Below are positions 39,609 to 49,823 of a DNA stretch of 64,000 nucleotides, one piece after another. The stretch's first letter is position 1. The number at the start of each line of letters is the position of its first letter. Made by a program: the position numbers and the translations under genes. Under the pieces are notes generated by a model. The model made no database searches. It was given only the letters and a program-made list of their open reading frames with translations, and had not been told where the DNA came from. Source of the DNA: a bacterium (GTDB taxonomy: Bacteria > UBA10199 > 2-02-FULL-50-16 > JAJFLM01); contig CBDCFN010000016.1 of assembly GCA_965216315.1 (NCBI GenBank), positions 384,001-448,000 of the forward strand. Reading direction: 5' to 3'.

Positions 39609-41055
39609 ATTGTTCAGCAGAGTTGAGACAGAGGGTCTTAAGTGCTGCCACTGGAAAAGTAATACTACGCTAGAAGAGGCACTTGAGGGGAAGGGCGACC
39701 TGGATCTTCTTGTGCCCAATATCAGACGAGAGGAATTTGAAGCTCTTGTGATGAAGTTAGGGTTTAAGGAAACTAGGCGGCAATCATGGGAGTCTCAGGC
39801 GGACATTGTCCACTATTATGGTTTAGATGCGAGCAGCAATAAATTTGTTCACCTGCATATCTATTATAAGCTAATTTCAGGCGGAAGTTTGTTAAAGAAA
39901 TATCATTTTACATGTGAAGATAGACTGTTTGAAAGCACTTCCAAGTTGCATAATGTAAATATTCCACAGCCTGAACTAGAACTTGTATTACTCGTAATTA
40001 GGAAAATCTTAGAGCACGCTTATTGGCCTGAATATTTTCTCTTGAAAAGAGAATATGGTGGGATGCTTGAGGAACTCAGAGACCTTTCCGAAAAAAGTGA
40101 TAGCGCGAAAATAAGAGATATTATTGCAAAGGCGTTTCCTGAGATATCTTGGGATGAGTTCTCAAAGTATCAAGAGGTTCTTTTGGGTGGTGCGCCTCGG
40201 GAACGCCGCAAGCTTTCAAGGCAGTTAAAAAATAAACTATCTCATCTAATGATTATTTCAGAGCGAAGAGGGTTCTTCCAGGTATACTATCGGTTCTTGC
40301 GGAAAATATTCCAGAAATTCATTTTGAAGAGAAAATCTCAAACTCTCGTGTCGGGAGGAGCGGTGATTGCCTTTGTTGGCCCGGATGCTTCTGGAAAGTC
40401 GACAATTGCGAGTCAAATTAGTGGCTGGCTAAAAGAAAATTTTTGGGTATGCAACTTCCACGTAGGTAAGCCAAAGGCATCCTTGCTGACAGTTGTTCCA
40501 AGACTGACTCTACCTTTGATTAGGAAACTATTTCCACAATCTAGGTCTTCCTATATTGAAAATGAAGCACCTGCATCAGAGAGGGAAATGAAAAAGTCCC
40601 TTCTGTATTTTATTCGTAGATTAATGGTTGCTTATGACAGGCTGAGAGCAGCCAGAAAAGCAGTAAAGCTGGCAGGAAAGGGAAGTATTGTTATTTGTGA
40701 TAGATACCCATCGAGTAGCGTTGGTGCTATGGATGGTCCACAGTTGGAATGTTTTGTGAAAAATTTAGGTAATAATTCAATTCGTAAATTTATTGCTAGA
40801 AAGGAAAAGGAAATCTACGGGCAGATTTCATCTCCTGATGTGCTGATACAGCTGATTACATCGTATGAAACGGCTGTTGAGAGAAATAAAGGACGCAAAG
40901 ATAAAACGGCTGATCCGGATGAATATCTTCGACGTAGGCACCAGCAAAAAATTAACCCTATTGATGCCAGTAAACATTATTCTAAGCTCGAAACACTTGG
41001 AACTCTAAGCGAGTCGTTTTCAATTGCTCAAGAGAGAATCTGGGCAGCTTTGTAA
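39589..41055 (+). CDS. Nucleotidyltransferase-like domain fused to thymidylate-kinase-like P-loop domain
   Basis: N-terminal HWKSN...GDLDLLV...HLH. C-terminal IAFVGPDASGKST, IVICDRY and PDVLIQL. Confidence 0.7.
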   Translation: MLTLVSELFSRVETEGLKCCHWKSNTTLEEALEGKGDLDLLVPNIRREEFEALVMKLGFKETRRQSWESQADIVHYYGLDASSNKFVHLHIYYKLISGGSLLKKYHFTCEDRLFESTSKLHNVNIPQPELELVLLVIRKILEHAYWPEYFLLKREYGGMLEELRDLSEKSDSAKIRDIIAKAFPEISWDEFSKYQEVLLGGAPRERRKLSRQLKNKLSHLMIISERRGFFQVYYRFLRKIFQKFILKRKSQTLVSGGAVIAFVGPDASGKSTIASQISGWLKENFWVCNFHVGKPKASLLTVVPRLTLPLIRKLFPQSRSSYIENEAPASEREMKKSLLYFIRRLMVAYDRLRAARKAVKLAGKGSIVICDRYPSSSVGAMDGPQLECFVKNLGNNSIRKFIARKEKEIYGQISSPDVLIQLITSYETAVERNKGRKDKTADPDEYLRRRHQQKINPIDASKHYSKLETLGTLSESFSIAQERIWAAL

Positions 41056-41059
41056 TGCT

Positions 41060-42283
41060 ATGAAAATTATTATTGTTATCAACGATGCATTTTCAGCCTG
41101 GATATTTAGAAGGGGTCTGATCAAATCTCTCGTCGCAACGACGGGAAATCAGGTTCTGGTGCTAGCACCTAAGAGTGAGAAATATTCTCAATTGATTAAA
41201 AGTATCGGTGCCAAACATATACCTATACCAATAAAACGTTTCATTCATCCAATAAGCGATCTTGTATTGTGTTTAAGGATATATAAAATTTTCAAAAAAG
41301 AAAAACCAGATGTCATTCATTCATTCACAATTAAGCCCAACATATATGCGGCACTTATTGGGAAATTTCTAGGTGTTCAATCAATATTTTGCTCTGTCAC
41401 TGGTTTAGGTGCCGTCTATGCAAGAGATGCGCATGCCTCATTAAAGGTAATGAGGATTTTAATTACACCACTTTATTATTTGGCGTGTAAATATTGTACT
41501 CGATTCTCATTTCAGAATGCTGATGATATGGAATACTTTATATCGAAAAAAATTCTGAGTGAAAGGAAGGCAGTGTTGATTAGAAGCTCCGGAGTTAATC
41601 TTGATGAATATTCTATGGAAGCTGCAGATACTCAAAGTGCGAAAAAAGAAATGGTACTAAGTGGTAATGAGAAAATTATTTTAATGGTTGCGAGAGCTAT
41701 TTGGAGTAAGGGAGTACGTGAATTTATCGAATCATCTAGGGAAGTAAATCGATTAAATACACCTGCTAGATATATATTAATTGGCAGCGTAGAGTCTGGT
41801 CCCGACGCAGTACCGTTGAATTATTTACAGTCAAATGCTTCGCATAACTTCCAATGGCTTGGCTTTAAAGATCAAATCAGAGACTATATTGCTGCATCTG
41901 ATATTGTTGTTTTACCATCATTTTATCCAGAGGGTGTGCCACGTTGCTTGCTAGAGGCGATGGCGCTTGGGAAGCCTATTATTACGACGGACAATGTTGG
42001 TTGCAAAGAAGTAATCGAACACGAAAAAAATGGCTACATGATTCCAGTGAAGAATTCACAGGCTTTAGCTGACGCAGTGGAAAAGCTATTAAGTAATCCG
42101 TCGATAATGCAGGAATATGGACGATATTCTCGCGTTAAAATCGAAAGAGAATTTAGCGAAGGTCTAGTAATAGCCGAAACTTTGAGTAAATTATATAAGT
42201 TTGATTCTGTGAGTGATTCTGAGACTAGTTGTATGGACAGTAGTTCATTAGATTTGAGTCGATCCGACGAGTTAAGTGGATAA
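41060..42283 (+). CDS. GT4 glycosyltransferase (CapM/PglA-like)
   Basis: FTIKPNIY, TGLG, FQN.DD, SGV, KGVREF and VLPSFYPEGVPR.LLEA.A.GKP. Confidence 0.92.
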   Translation: MKIIIVINDAFSAWIFRRGLIKSLVATTGNQVLVLAPKSEKYSQLIKSIGAKHIPIPIKRFIHPISDLVLCLRIYKIFKKEKPDVIHSFTIKPNIYAALIGKFLGVQSIFCSVTGLGAVYARDAHASLKVMRILITPLYYLACKYCTRFSFQNADDMEYFISKKILSERKAVLIRSSGVNLDEYSMEAADTQSAKKEMVLSGNEKIILMVARAIWSKGVREFIESSREVNRLNTPARYILIGSVESGPDAVPLNYLQSNASHNFQWLGFKDQIRDYIAASDIVVLPSFYPEGVPRCLLEAMALGKPIITTDNVGCKEVIEHEKNGYMIPVKNSQALADAVEKLLSNPSIMQEYGRYSRVKIEREFSEGLVIAETLSKLYKFDSVSDSETSCMDSSSLDLSRSDELSG

Positions 42284-43616
42284 CATATTATTTACATTTA
42301 TATATTTACTGATTCCCGTTGCATCTTATCAAGTGCTGAAGGCGGCGCGTGTTGATCCATTTCGGGTAACAGTCCCTTCTATATTTTTTTGGTACTATCT
42401 GATGATTGCATATATAGGGATTTTACCAATTTGGTTTGATTGGACTTGGTATGACTATATAGACACAAGTAATAAAGAGCTTATTCTTGCCATGTACTTT
42501 TATAGCGCTTCCTGTCTCTTGCTTGTCATGGTTGGGTTTTTCTTTATGTCGCGTATGCGAGGATCGCAGGTCGCTGCGGATTGGACTCCACCTAAGGCGA
42601 TGAAGAAAATTGTTAATATTCCGATATTGATACTTGTTTTGATTTGTGCCGCTGTTACCGCGCTTTACTTAAGAAATTTTTCTTCATCAGTAATGAGTCT
42701 GGTAGTCTCAGGTGAAGTAGGTCAGGTGAAAGAGATGAGAAGTCAGATGGGGAATGATTTTGCTGGTCAGGGCCGCTATCATTATTATAGCATTTTTTTT
42801 AAAACCCTGCTCCCATTTTGTGTGTATCTTCTGTTGGCTCAAGCAATCATCGTTAAAAGGACATTTGCTAGAGTTTTCGCATTTCTGACCTTAGGTGGAG
42901 CTGTTTATGCAACTCTAATGGCAGGAGAGAAGGCACCAATTATCTGGCTTCTGTGTGGATGCTTCTTAGTTTATATCCATGCTCGCAAAGGGAACATTAG
43001 GCCCCGTACGGTTGTTGCAATGATAGCGTGCACGGCAATGATCATTGTGGGGCTGATCACAATGTTTGTTGGGGGGGAAGGCCGTACTGTAGCTGATTTG
43101 TCTGGATGGATTGTTAGCAGAATATTTGTTGGTGGCATCGTTCCAGCTTATTTTTATTTGCAGATGTTTCCTGGCCACCACGAATATTTATGGGGCGCTT
43201 CTTTGCCGAATCCAAGGAACATATTTCCCTGGGAACATTATCGTTTGACGGTTGAAGTGTCAGAATTTATGAAGGGTGGGGTGGCAACTTCCGATACGGT
43301 TGGTTCGGCACCAACTGCGTTTTGGGCGGAAGCATTTGTTAATTTTGGTCCTACTGGTCCTTTAATCGTGGCGCCGATTATCGGCATTATAATCTACATT
43401 ATTCATATCTTGTTAGGGCGATTGAAAGATAGCCCAATTAAAACAGCGTTGATTGTGTGGGTCGCCGTTCATTTTATGAAATTGGCAGAATCTGGGATTA
43501 CCGGTTATCTTTTGGATCTCGATTTGCTGCTAATTCTATTTATCAGTGGTTTGTTGTTGGTTGTTGATGGGCAGGTACGGCTTTTACCTAAGCGGATAGT
43601 AACTAATGCGGTTTAA
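42276..43616 (+). CDS. wzy: O-antigen polymerase (Wzy)
   Basis: About 11 TM segments, two large periplasmic loops, GEKAP and E.FVNFG..G motifs. Adjacent to wzx. Confidence 0.75.
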   Translation: MDNILFTFIYLLIPVASYQVLKAARVDPFRVTVPSIFFWYYLMIAYIGILPIWFDWTWYDYIDTSNKELILAMYFYSASCLLLVMVGFFFMSRMRGSQVAADWTPPKAMKKIVNIPILILVLICAAVTALYLRNFSSSVMSLVVSGEVGQVKEMRSQMGNDFAGQGRYHYYSIFFKTLLPFCVYLLLAQAIIVKRTFARVFAFLTLGGAVYATLMAGEKAPIIWLLCGCFLVYIHARKGNIRPRTVVAMIACTAMIIVGLITMFVGGEGRTVADLSGWIVSRIFVGGIVPAYFYLQMFPGHHEYLWGASLPNPRNIFPWEHYRLTVEVSEFMKGGVATSDTVGSAPTAFWAEAFVNFGPTGPLIVAPIIGIIIYIIHILLGRLKDSPIKTALIVWVAVHFMKLAESGITGYLLDLDLLLILFISGLLLVVDGQVRLLPKRIVTNAV

Positions 43617-44895
43617 CTTACATAAATCGGAATTTGTCCGACATGCATTTACATTGTCTGCTGGGACGACATTAGCGCAGGTTATTCCAATTATTGCCGC
43701 ACCATTTCTGACGAGACTTTATGCTCCAGCTGATTTCGGTGTCTTTGCAACAATTCTAGCATTTTCATCAGCTGCTGTTATATTGGCAACGGGGCGTTAT
43801 GAGCATTCGATTGTTATCCCGAAGCTCAATGCAGATGCCGCAAGTATTGTGCTCGGTATTATAGGCATAGCGATCATTGTTAGCAGCGGGTTAGCTGTAG
43901 TCTTTGTACTTGCTCAGGGTGTGATAGTAGAACTTTTTAAGATTACGATTTCCGAGGTATGGATTAGTATTGTTCCCGCGATTGTATTGTTGTTAGCAGT
44001 CCAGAGTTCATTAAGTTACTGGGCAACGCGAAATAAGAAATTCAGACGTTTAGCACTAAGTCGTATAGTCACCTCAGGATTTACAGCTGTTTCAAGTTTG
44101 CTATTGGGAATATCAGGATATGGTGCCGAGGGACTGATTATAGGAATGATTGTTGGTCTCGTGGCCTGCAACTGCTTGTTGGCAATTCAGCTGCTGCGGG
44201 AGGATATGGAAATTTTTAGAAAGACGAATTTGTCATCGATTTTTCTACAGTTGAAGACGTATTCGAAATTTCCTAAGTACTCGGTGGCGGCTGATTTTTC
44301 AAATGTGCTGACGAATCAACTTCCTGTTCTCCTCTTATCATCGTTATTTGGGGTTGCAGCTTCTGGATTCTATTCTCTTACGAATCGAGTGCTTGGAAAG
44401 CCTGTATCAATCATTTCAGGAGCGGTATCAGATGTGTTTAAGCAGAAGGCCGGGCAGGACTTTGCCGAATATGGCACTTGCCGCCCTTTATTTATAAAGA
44501 CGGCGCGATCACTTACACTGATGTCTATATTGCCTTTCCTTGTTCTCATTTTATTTGCACCAAATCTTTTTGTTCTGGTTTTTGGAAGTTCGTGGAAAGA
44601 AGCAGGAGAGTTTGCGAGAATTCTCGCCATACTCTTTGCAGTCCGTTTTACGGTAAGTCCGTTAAGTTATGTCATTTATATCGTGCAGAAGCAGGAATAT
44701 GATTTGATTTGGCAATTAGCTCTTCTAGCAATGTCTGTTATGAGTATTTATCTTGGTTTCTGGGCTGGAAATGTTCTCTACAGCATTGGGTTCTATTCAA
44801 TTGCGTATTCAGCGATGTACATAGTGTATGCATTGCTGTCATATAATTTGTCTAAAGGAGATGGGGAACTTAAATTAGGAGTCTCGGAGACATGA
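43606..44895 (+). CDS. wzx: Wzx-type flippase (2)
   Basis: GT.LAQ.I.....P.LTRLY.P.DFG, RYE..I..P, Y.KFPKYS and G.YSL..R. Confidence 0.9.
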   Translation: MRFNLHKSEFVRHAFTLSAGTTLAQVIPIIAAPFLTRLYAPADFGVFATILAFSSAAVILATGRYEHSIVIPKLNADAASIVLGIIGIAIIVSSGLAVVFVLAQGVIVELFKITISEVWISIVPAIVLLLAVQSSLSYWATRNKKFRRLALSRIVTSGFTAVSSLLLGISGYGAEGLIIGMIVGLVACNCLLAIQLLREDMEIFRKTNLSSIFLQLKTYSKFPKYSVAADFSNVLTNQLPVLLLSSLFGVAASGFYSLTNRVLGKPVSIISGAVSDVFKQKAGQDFAEYGTCRPLFIKTARSLTLMSILPFLVLILFAPNLFVLVFGSSWKEAGEFARILAILFAVRFTVSPLSYVIYIVQKQEYDLIWQLALLAMSVMSIYLGFWAGNVLYSIGFYSIAYSAMYIVYALLSYNLSKGDGELKLGVSET

Positions 44896-45518
44896 TTACG
44901 ATAGTCGACTATGGAATGGGTAATTTGGCTTCAATAAAGAATATGCTGCGTAAACTTGGAGAGGATTCAATTATATCAAATGATCCAAAGGATATAGAGG
45001 CTGCGTCTTCGCTGATCTTACCAGGCGTTGGAGCTTTCGACTATGGAATGAAAAATATGAAACGACTGAATCTTATTCAAGTACTTGAATCAAAGGTTTT
45101 AGGTGAAAGAGTACCTATGCTAGGGATATGTCTTGGCATGCAGCTCTTGACTAAAAAAAGTGAAGAAGGATCTGAAGACGGACTCGGCTGGGTCAATGCG
45201 GTTACCGTGAAGTTTGAACAAGATAGTATAGGTAAGAGTTTGAAAGTTCCTCATATGGGATGGAACGCAATAAAAATGAAGAACTCACCCTTATTTGCTG
45301 ATCTCGAAGATAAGAGCCGTTTCTATTTTGTTCATTCATATTATGTGAAGACTACGCATGAAGAAAATATTGCTGCAACGACGACTTATGGTCAAGAATT
45401 CACTTCAGCTATCAACGACGATAATATATATGGTGTACAATTTCATCCAGAAAAGAGCCACCGTTATGGAATGCAGCTACTACGCAACTTTATAGGAATA
45501 TCTACTAGTGCTTCTTAA
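44892..45518 (+). CDS. hisH: HisH-like glutamine amidotransferase, glycan-associated (WbuY/HisH2)
   Basis: DYGMGN, LPGVGAF, GICLGMQ, PHMGWN, FYFVHSY and QFHPEKS. Confidence 0.92.
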   Translation: MITIVDYGMGNLASIKNMLRKLGEDSIISNDPKDIEAASSLILPGVGAFDYGMKNMKRLNLIQVLESKVLGERVPMLGICLGMQLLTKKSEEGSEDGLGWVNAVTVKFEQDSIGKSLKVPHMGWNAIKMKNSPLFADLEDKSRFYFVHSYYVKTTHEENIAATTTYGQEFTSAINDDNIYGVQFHPEKSHRYGMQLLRNFIGISTSAS

Positions 45519-46293
45519 TAGATTGATTCCCGTCCTTTTGCTTAAGGATGGCGGGCTTGTAAAGACAAGGAAATTTGCAGATCCTGTCTATCTTGGCGAT
45601 CCCGTCAACGCAGTGAAAATATTTAATGAGAAATGTGTTGATGAACTGATAATCCTAGATATTACGGCAAGTCTTTCGAAGTCAAAGCCTCAATTGCAGC
45701 TCATTGAAGAGGTAGCAGGAGAATGTTTTATGCCTATTGCTTACGGAGGAGGCATTAGAGATTTGGAAGATATTAGAGCTATTTTGAGCCTAGGTGTTGA
45801 AAAAGTAGTTCTAAATACCATTTTTTCAGAGTGCCCTGGATTAGTGAGAGAGGCAGCAGATATGTTTGGAAGTCAGAGTATCGTTGTATCCTTTGATGTG
45901 AAGAGGAATTTATTTGGTAAGACTGCTGTATACGCGGTGGGTGGAAGGCGCCGTGTGAGTATGTCGCCTGTGGATTATGCACAATTTGCTGAAGACCAGG
46001 GAGCGGGAGAGCTATTTGTTAACTCCATCGATAGAGATGGATCAATGGCCGGATTCGATCTAGAGTTAATCAATGAAGTAACTCATTCAGTAAAGATTCC
46101 TACAATTGTATGTGGTGGTGCCGGGAGTTTAGCGGATTGTAAGCTAGCATTAAATTCGGGCGCGTCAGCTGTGGCCGCAGGAAGCTACTTTGTATTTCAG
46201 GGGAAGCACAGGGCTGTCCTGATATCATATCCATCCGAAGAAGAAATAAATAAAGTGATTAACGTCAGTGGAGAAAAAAATGCAAATAAATGA
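45508..46293 (+). CDS. HisF-like cyclase paralog for acetamidino modification (WbuZ/AglZ/HisF2)
   Basis: R.IP.LL...GLVKT, Y.GDP.NAV.IFNEK..DEL, ECFMP..YGGG and G..RAVLISYP. Confidence 0.9.
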   Translation: MLLNRLIPVLLLKDGGLVKTRKFADPVYLGDPVNAVKIFNEKCVDELIILDITASLSKSKPQLQLIEEVAGECFMPIAYGGGIRDLEDIRAILSLGVEKVVLNTIFSECPGLVREAADMFGSQSIVVSFDVKRNLFGKTAVYAVGGRRRVSMSPVDYAQFAEDQGAGELFVNSIDRDGSMAGFDLELINEVTHSVKIPTIVCGGAGSLADCKLALNSGASAVAAGSYFVFQGKHRAVLISYPSEEEINKVINVSGEKNANK

Positions 46294-47464
46294 GTATAGA
46301 ATTTGTAATTGGTGTGTAATGGATACGACGGATCCTCAAATATCTTTTGATGAGAACGGGATTTGCAATCATTGTAAAGAATCTCAAGTAATGCTGGAGA
46401 AAATAAGTAGTTCTACATATGCTGCTAGGCAGTTAGAGCTAGGCCAAATTGTAGAGGAAATAAAAAAGGTAGGTGAAAAAAATGAATATGATTGCATCAT
46501 CGGTTTGAGCGGTGGGGTTGATAGTTCATATCTAGCGTATTTGGCAAAAAAACTTGGACTAAGAGTGCTAGCAATTCATGTTGATACCGGTTGGAACTCA
46601 GAGCTCGCGGTGAAAAATATTGAGCTCCTAGTGAGAAGGCTAGGCATTGATCTTTATACATTTGTTGTCGATTGGCCGGAAATGAGAGATCTCCAATTAT
46701 CATTTCTGAAGGCTGCGGTTGCTAATCAGGATACACCTCAAGACCATGTGATACATGCCGCTCTTCATAGAGTCGCCGTAGAAAAAAAGATCAGTTATAT
46801 TTTATCGGGTAGTAATTATTCTACTGAATGCATTCTTCCCAAGGCATGGGGGCACAGTGCAATGGATCTTCGGCAGATAAAGGCGATACAAAAGAAGTAT
46901 GGTACTGTAAAGTTAAAGAAATTTCCGCAATTAGGACTCTTTAAATATTATATTTATTACCCTTATATAAGACGGCTCAAGACAATTAAGCTACTGAACT
47001 ATTATAACTACGTGAAATCAGAAGCGATGCAGGTTTTGGAGCAGGATCTTGGATGGAGATATTATGGTGGAAAGCACTATGAGTCAGTGTTTACGAAATT
47101 TTTTCAGTCTTATTATCTTCCCGAAAAATTTGGTTTTGACAAACGAAAAGCCCACCTTGCAAGTTTAATTGCCTCAGGGCAAATGACAAGGGATGATGCA
47201 TTGGTGGAGTTACAGCAACCTCTATATAATGAAAAAGAGTTGGTGGAGGATAAAGGGTATATTTGTAAGAAGCTTGGGCTTACAGTGGAAAAATTCGATG
47301 AATTATTGAGCGCCCCTAATAAGCACTATTTGCAGTATCCATCAGGACAAATGTTTTTTAAAATAAAAGGTAAGCTTGGGAGCGTGAAGAGGTATTTAAA
47401 AAGAATAATCTCTCAGAATCGCCCAATTACCTCTCCGAGAGAAGAAGTGAAATCCAAGAGCTAA
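46280..47464 (+). CDS. N-acetyl sugar amidotransferase (WbpG/WbuX/PseA family)
   Basis: C..CVMDTTDP, C.HC, PP-loop SGGVDSS, DTGWNSE and YGGKHYES. Confidence 0.92.
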   Translation: MQINEYRICNWCVMDTTDPQISFDENGICNHCKESQVMLEKISSSTYAARQLELGQIVEEIKKVGEKNEYDCIIGLSGGVDSSYLAYLAKKLGLRVLAIHVDTGWNSELAVKNIELLVRRLGIDLYTFVVDWPEMRDLQLSFLKAAVANQDTPQDHVIHAALHRVAVEKKISYILSGSNYSTECILPKAWGHSAMDLRQIKAIQKKYGTVKLKKFPQLGLFKYYIYYPYIRRLKTIKLLNYYNYVKSEAMQVLEQDLGWRYYGGKHYESVFTKFFQSYYLPEKFGFDKRKAHLASLIASGQMTRDDALVELQQPLYNEKELVEDKGYICKKLGLTVEKFDELLSAPNKHYLQYPSGQMFFKIKGKLGSVKRYLKRIISQNRPITSPREEVKSKS

Positions 47465-47478
47465 GTCGTAAAGAAATC

Positions 47479-48606
47479 ATGAAATTATGTGTGCATCTGA
47501 CGCTTAAGTCTAAGCTTATGACATCTCGTATTCTTAGAGAGTGTAGGACAGGTGTGTCTCAGGGAGTATTCGATCATGTTGAGGTCGTCGGCCTTAAAGA
47601 AGATGGGTTCCCAACGGTGGATACAGTGGAAGAAGGCATTACGGTTAGTAGAATTGATCTCAAGTCTAAACGTTTTTCTAAGATACTCATGATGCAACTC
47701 TTTAAGTATTGTGAATGGGTATATCGATTATTGAAACAATATAAGAATAGAAAAGTTTCCGTTATTCATTGTCATGGATTAGGGACTTTGCCTGCCTCAT
47801 TGGTTTTGAAGTGGCGATATGGATGTAAGCTTGTCTATGACGCGCATGAATTAGAGACCGAAAGTTCAGGCCTTAGTGGGATGCGAAAGGCATTAAGTAA
47901 GATAGTTGAAAGAATATGTATAAAACACGTAGATAGTGTTCTCGTAGTTAGTGATTCCATTGCAGCATGGTATGAAAAGAAGTACCCGATGCAAGAGCCA
48001 TTTGTTGTTAGGAATGTTCCATACGCCCTTAAATCTATCGATAAAAATGGGGCCCTCAGAGATGAGTTTGGGCTAAGCTCTCTCGATTTAATTTTCTTAT
48101 ATCAAGGTGGGTTCGAAGCAGGACGGGGAATTGAAACCATGCTGGATGTATTTACTGATGGAAATGATAATAGGCATCTAGTTTTCATGGGGTATGGCTC
48201 TTTATCTGGGAAGATAAAGTCTTATGCTGAAAAATACCCTAATATTCATTATCGAGATGCAGTTAGTTCTGATGATTTGCTTAAGTATACAGCAAGTGCA
48301 GATGTTGGGATGAGCTTAATTGAGAATTCATGTTTAAGCTATTTCTATTCATTACCTAATAAACTATTTGAATACATGATGGCTGGCTTGCCAATCATTG
48401 GAAGTGATTTTCCTGAAATTAAGAAGGTAATCAAACGCAATGATTGCGGGTGGGTGGTTGATGCAGAGCCTCATTATCTCAAGAGCATGATTAGGGATAT
48501 TAAAAGAGCTGACATCCAAGATAAAGCTGAGGGCGCAAAAAAAGCGCGGCATGATTACACTTGGGAAAAAGAACAGACTGTGCTTCTAGCGGCATATAAC
48601 GCATAG
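47479..48606 (+). CDS. GT4 glycosyltransferase
   Basis: SR..RE, YDAHE, YQGG....RG and LPNKLFEY..AGLP. Confidence 0.9.
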   Translation: MKLCVHLTLKSKLMTSRILRECRTGVSQGVFDHVEVVGLKEDGFPTVDTVEEGITVSRIDLKSKRFSKILMMQLFKYCEWVYRLLKQYKNRKVSVIHCHGLGTLPASLVLKWRYGCKLVYDAHELETESSGLSGMRKALSKIVERICIKHVDSVLVVSDSIAAWYEKKYPMQEPFVVRNVPYALKSIDKNGALRDEFGLSSLDLIFLYQGGFEAGRGIETMLDVFTDGNDNRHLVFMGYGSLSGKIKSYAEKYPNIHYRDAVSSDDLLKYTASADVGMSLIENSCLSYFYSLPNKLFEYMMAGLPIIGSDFPEIKKVIKRNDCGWVVDAEPHYLKSMIRDIKRADIQDKAEGAKKARHDYTWEKEQTVLLAAYNA

Positions 48607-48616
48607 ATTGGTAGCT

Positions 48617-49735
48617 ATGACTCGAATCGTCCATATGACTTCTGTTCATCCGTATGATGATATTCGCATATTCCAAAAAATGTGTACTTCCTTGGCGAAT
48701 GCCGGCTACGATGCTCATATTGTCGCTCCGATTGATAGAGAAGAAGATATACAATCCATGACGAGGGTTAAAGTCCATCGCGTTCCAAAGCCAAAATCAC
48801 GATGGGAGCGATTTCGGCGTACGCGGAAACAGGTTATGCAAGAGGCATTGAACTTGAAAGCGGACATATATCACTTTCATGATCCAGAATTGTTGCCTAT
48901 AGGGCTAAAGATTCAAAAAATATTAAAAGTTCCTGTCATCTATGATGTTCATGAGGATGTAAGATTGCAAGTATTGAACAAAGAATGGATCAAGCCGTGG
49001 GCACGAAAGATCGTTGGAAAATTATTCGGACGGTATGAGGATAATATTGCTATGCAGCTCGCTGGTATTGTCTCTGCAACACCTTCAATTTCTCAAAGGT
49101 TTTCGGGACATAGGAACTCTATCATTGTCCAGAATTTTGCTCTACTCAATGAATTTATACGAGACGAAACTGGAAATAATAGCAAACGAAATATTTGTGT
49201 TTATGCAGGCACGATATCAAAGGAAAGGGGTGTCGTTCAGATAATTGAGGCAGTATCTCGAGCGGAGCCCGAAACTAAGTTATTGCTTGCGGGTAATATG
49301 GCATCCAATGAGCTCTATCATGAGCTAAAAAAAATGAATGAATGGAAACATGTGGATTACAAGGGGTTAGTGACAAGAAATGATATTGCAAAATATTATT
49401 CTCAAGCGTTGGTTGGTATGATTATGTTCCATCCTTTGCCGAACCATATGAATGCTCAGCCGAATAAATTGTTCGAGTATATGGGCGCCGGGTTGCCGGT
49501 TATCGTGTCTGACTTCCCGAGTTGGAGAGAAATTGTTTCACGGCTAAAGTGTGGAATATTAGTAGACCCATTAGATACACGCTCCATTACACAGGCTGTA
49601 GAATATTTGCTTACTCATCCGGAAGAAGCCGAGGAAATGGGACAGAGAGGGAAGAGGGCAGTTGAGGAGCAATATAATTGGTCACGTGAGGAGAAGAAAT
49701 TATTTTCTTTTTACGAATCAATATCGATTAATTAG
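48617..49735 (+). CDS. GT4 glycosyltransferase (WbpH-like)
   Basis: TSVH...DIRIF.K.C, HFHDPEL, YDVHED and PNKLFEYM.AGLP. Confidence 0.92.
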   Translation: MTRIVHMTSVHPYDDIRIFQKMCTSLANAGYDAHIVAPIDREEDIQSMTRVKVHRVPKPKSRWERFRRTRKQVMQEALNLKADIYHFHDPELLPIGLKIQKILKVPVIYDVHEDVRLQVLNKEWIKPWARKIVGKLFGRYEDNIAMQLAGIVSATPSISQRFSGHRNSIIVQNFALLNEFIRDETGNNSKRNICVYAGTISKERGVVQIIEAVSRAEPETKLLLAGNMASNELYHELKKMNEWKHVDYKGLVTRNDIAKYYSQALVGMIMFHPLPNHMNAQPNKLFEYMGAGLPVIVSDFPSWREIVSRLKCGILVDPLDTRSITQAVEYLLTHPEEAEEMGQRGKRAVEEQYNWSREEKKLFSFYESISIN

Positions 49736-49823
49736 AAGGTTTTAAGTAGATGAGAGAGGATACGTTTTATTTTGATCTGATGAATCAAGACTGGAATTTT
49801 TTCTCGGGAAAGGTGGTAATGAA

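Noticed and set aside
28984..41055. Lasso-peptide cluster (AsnB-like cyclase with kinase and nucleotidyltransferase)
   Set aside because: The AsnB keeps an intact MCGIAG glutaminase domain. I found no B1/PqqD, B2 protease or precursor ORF, and the context is entirely glycan biosynthesis.
39589..41055. CBASS CD-NTase or MNT-type toxin/antitoxin defence gene
   Set aside because: No effector, HEPN partner or Cap genes are adjacent. The gene overlaps its kinase partner and sits between wzx and a GT4 gene.
44892..46293. Histidine biosynthesis operon
   Set aside because: No other his genes are present. The HisF has the WbuZ/AglZ-type motifs and is coupled to an N-acetyl sugar amidotransferase.
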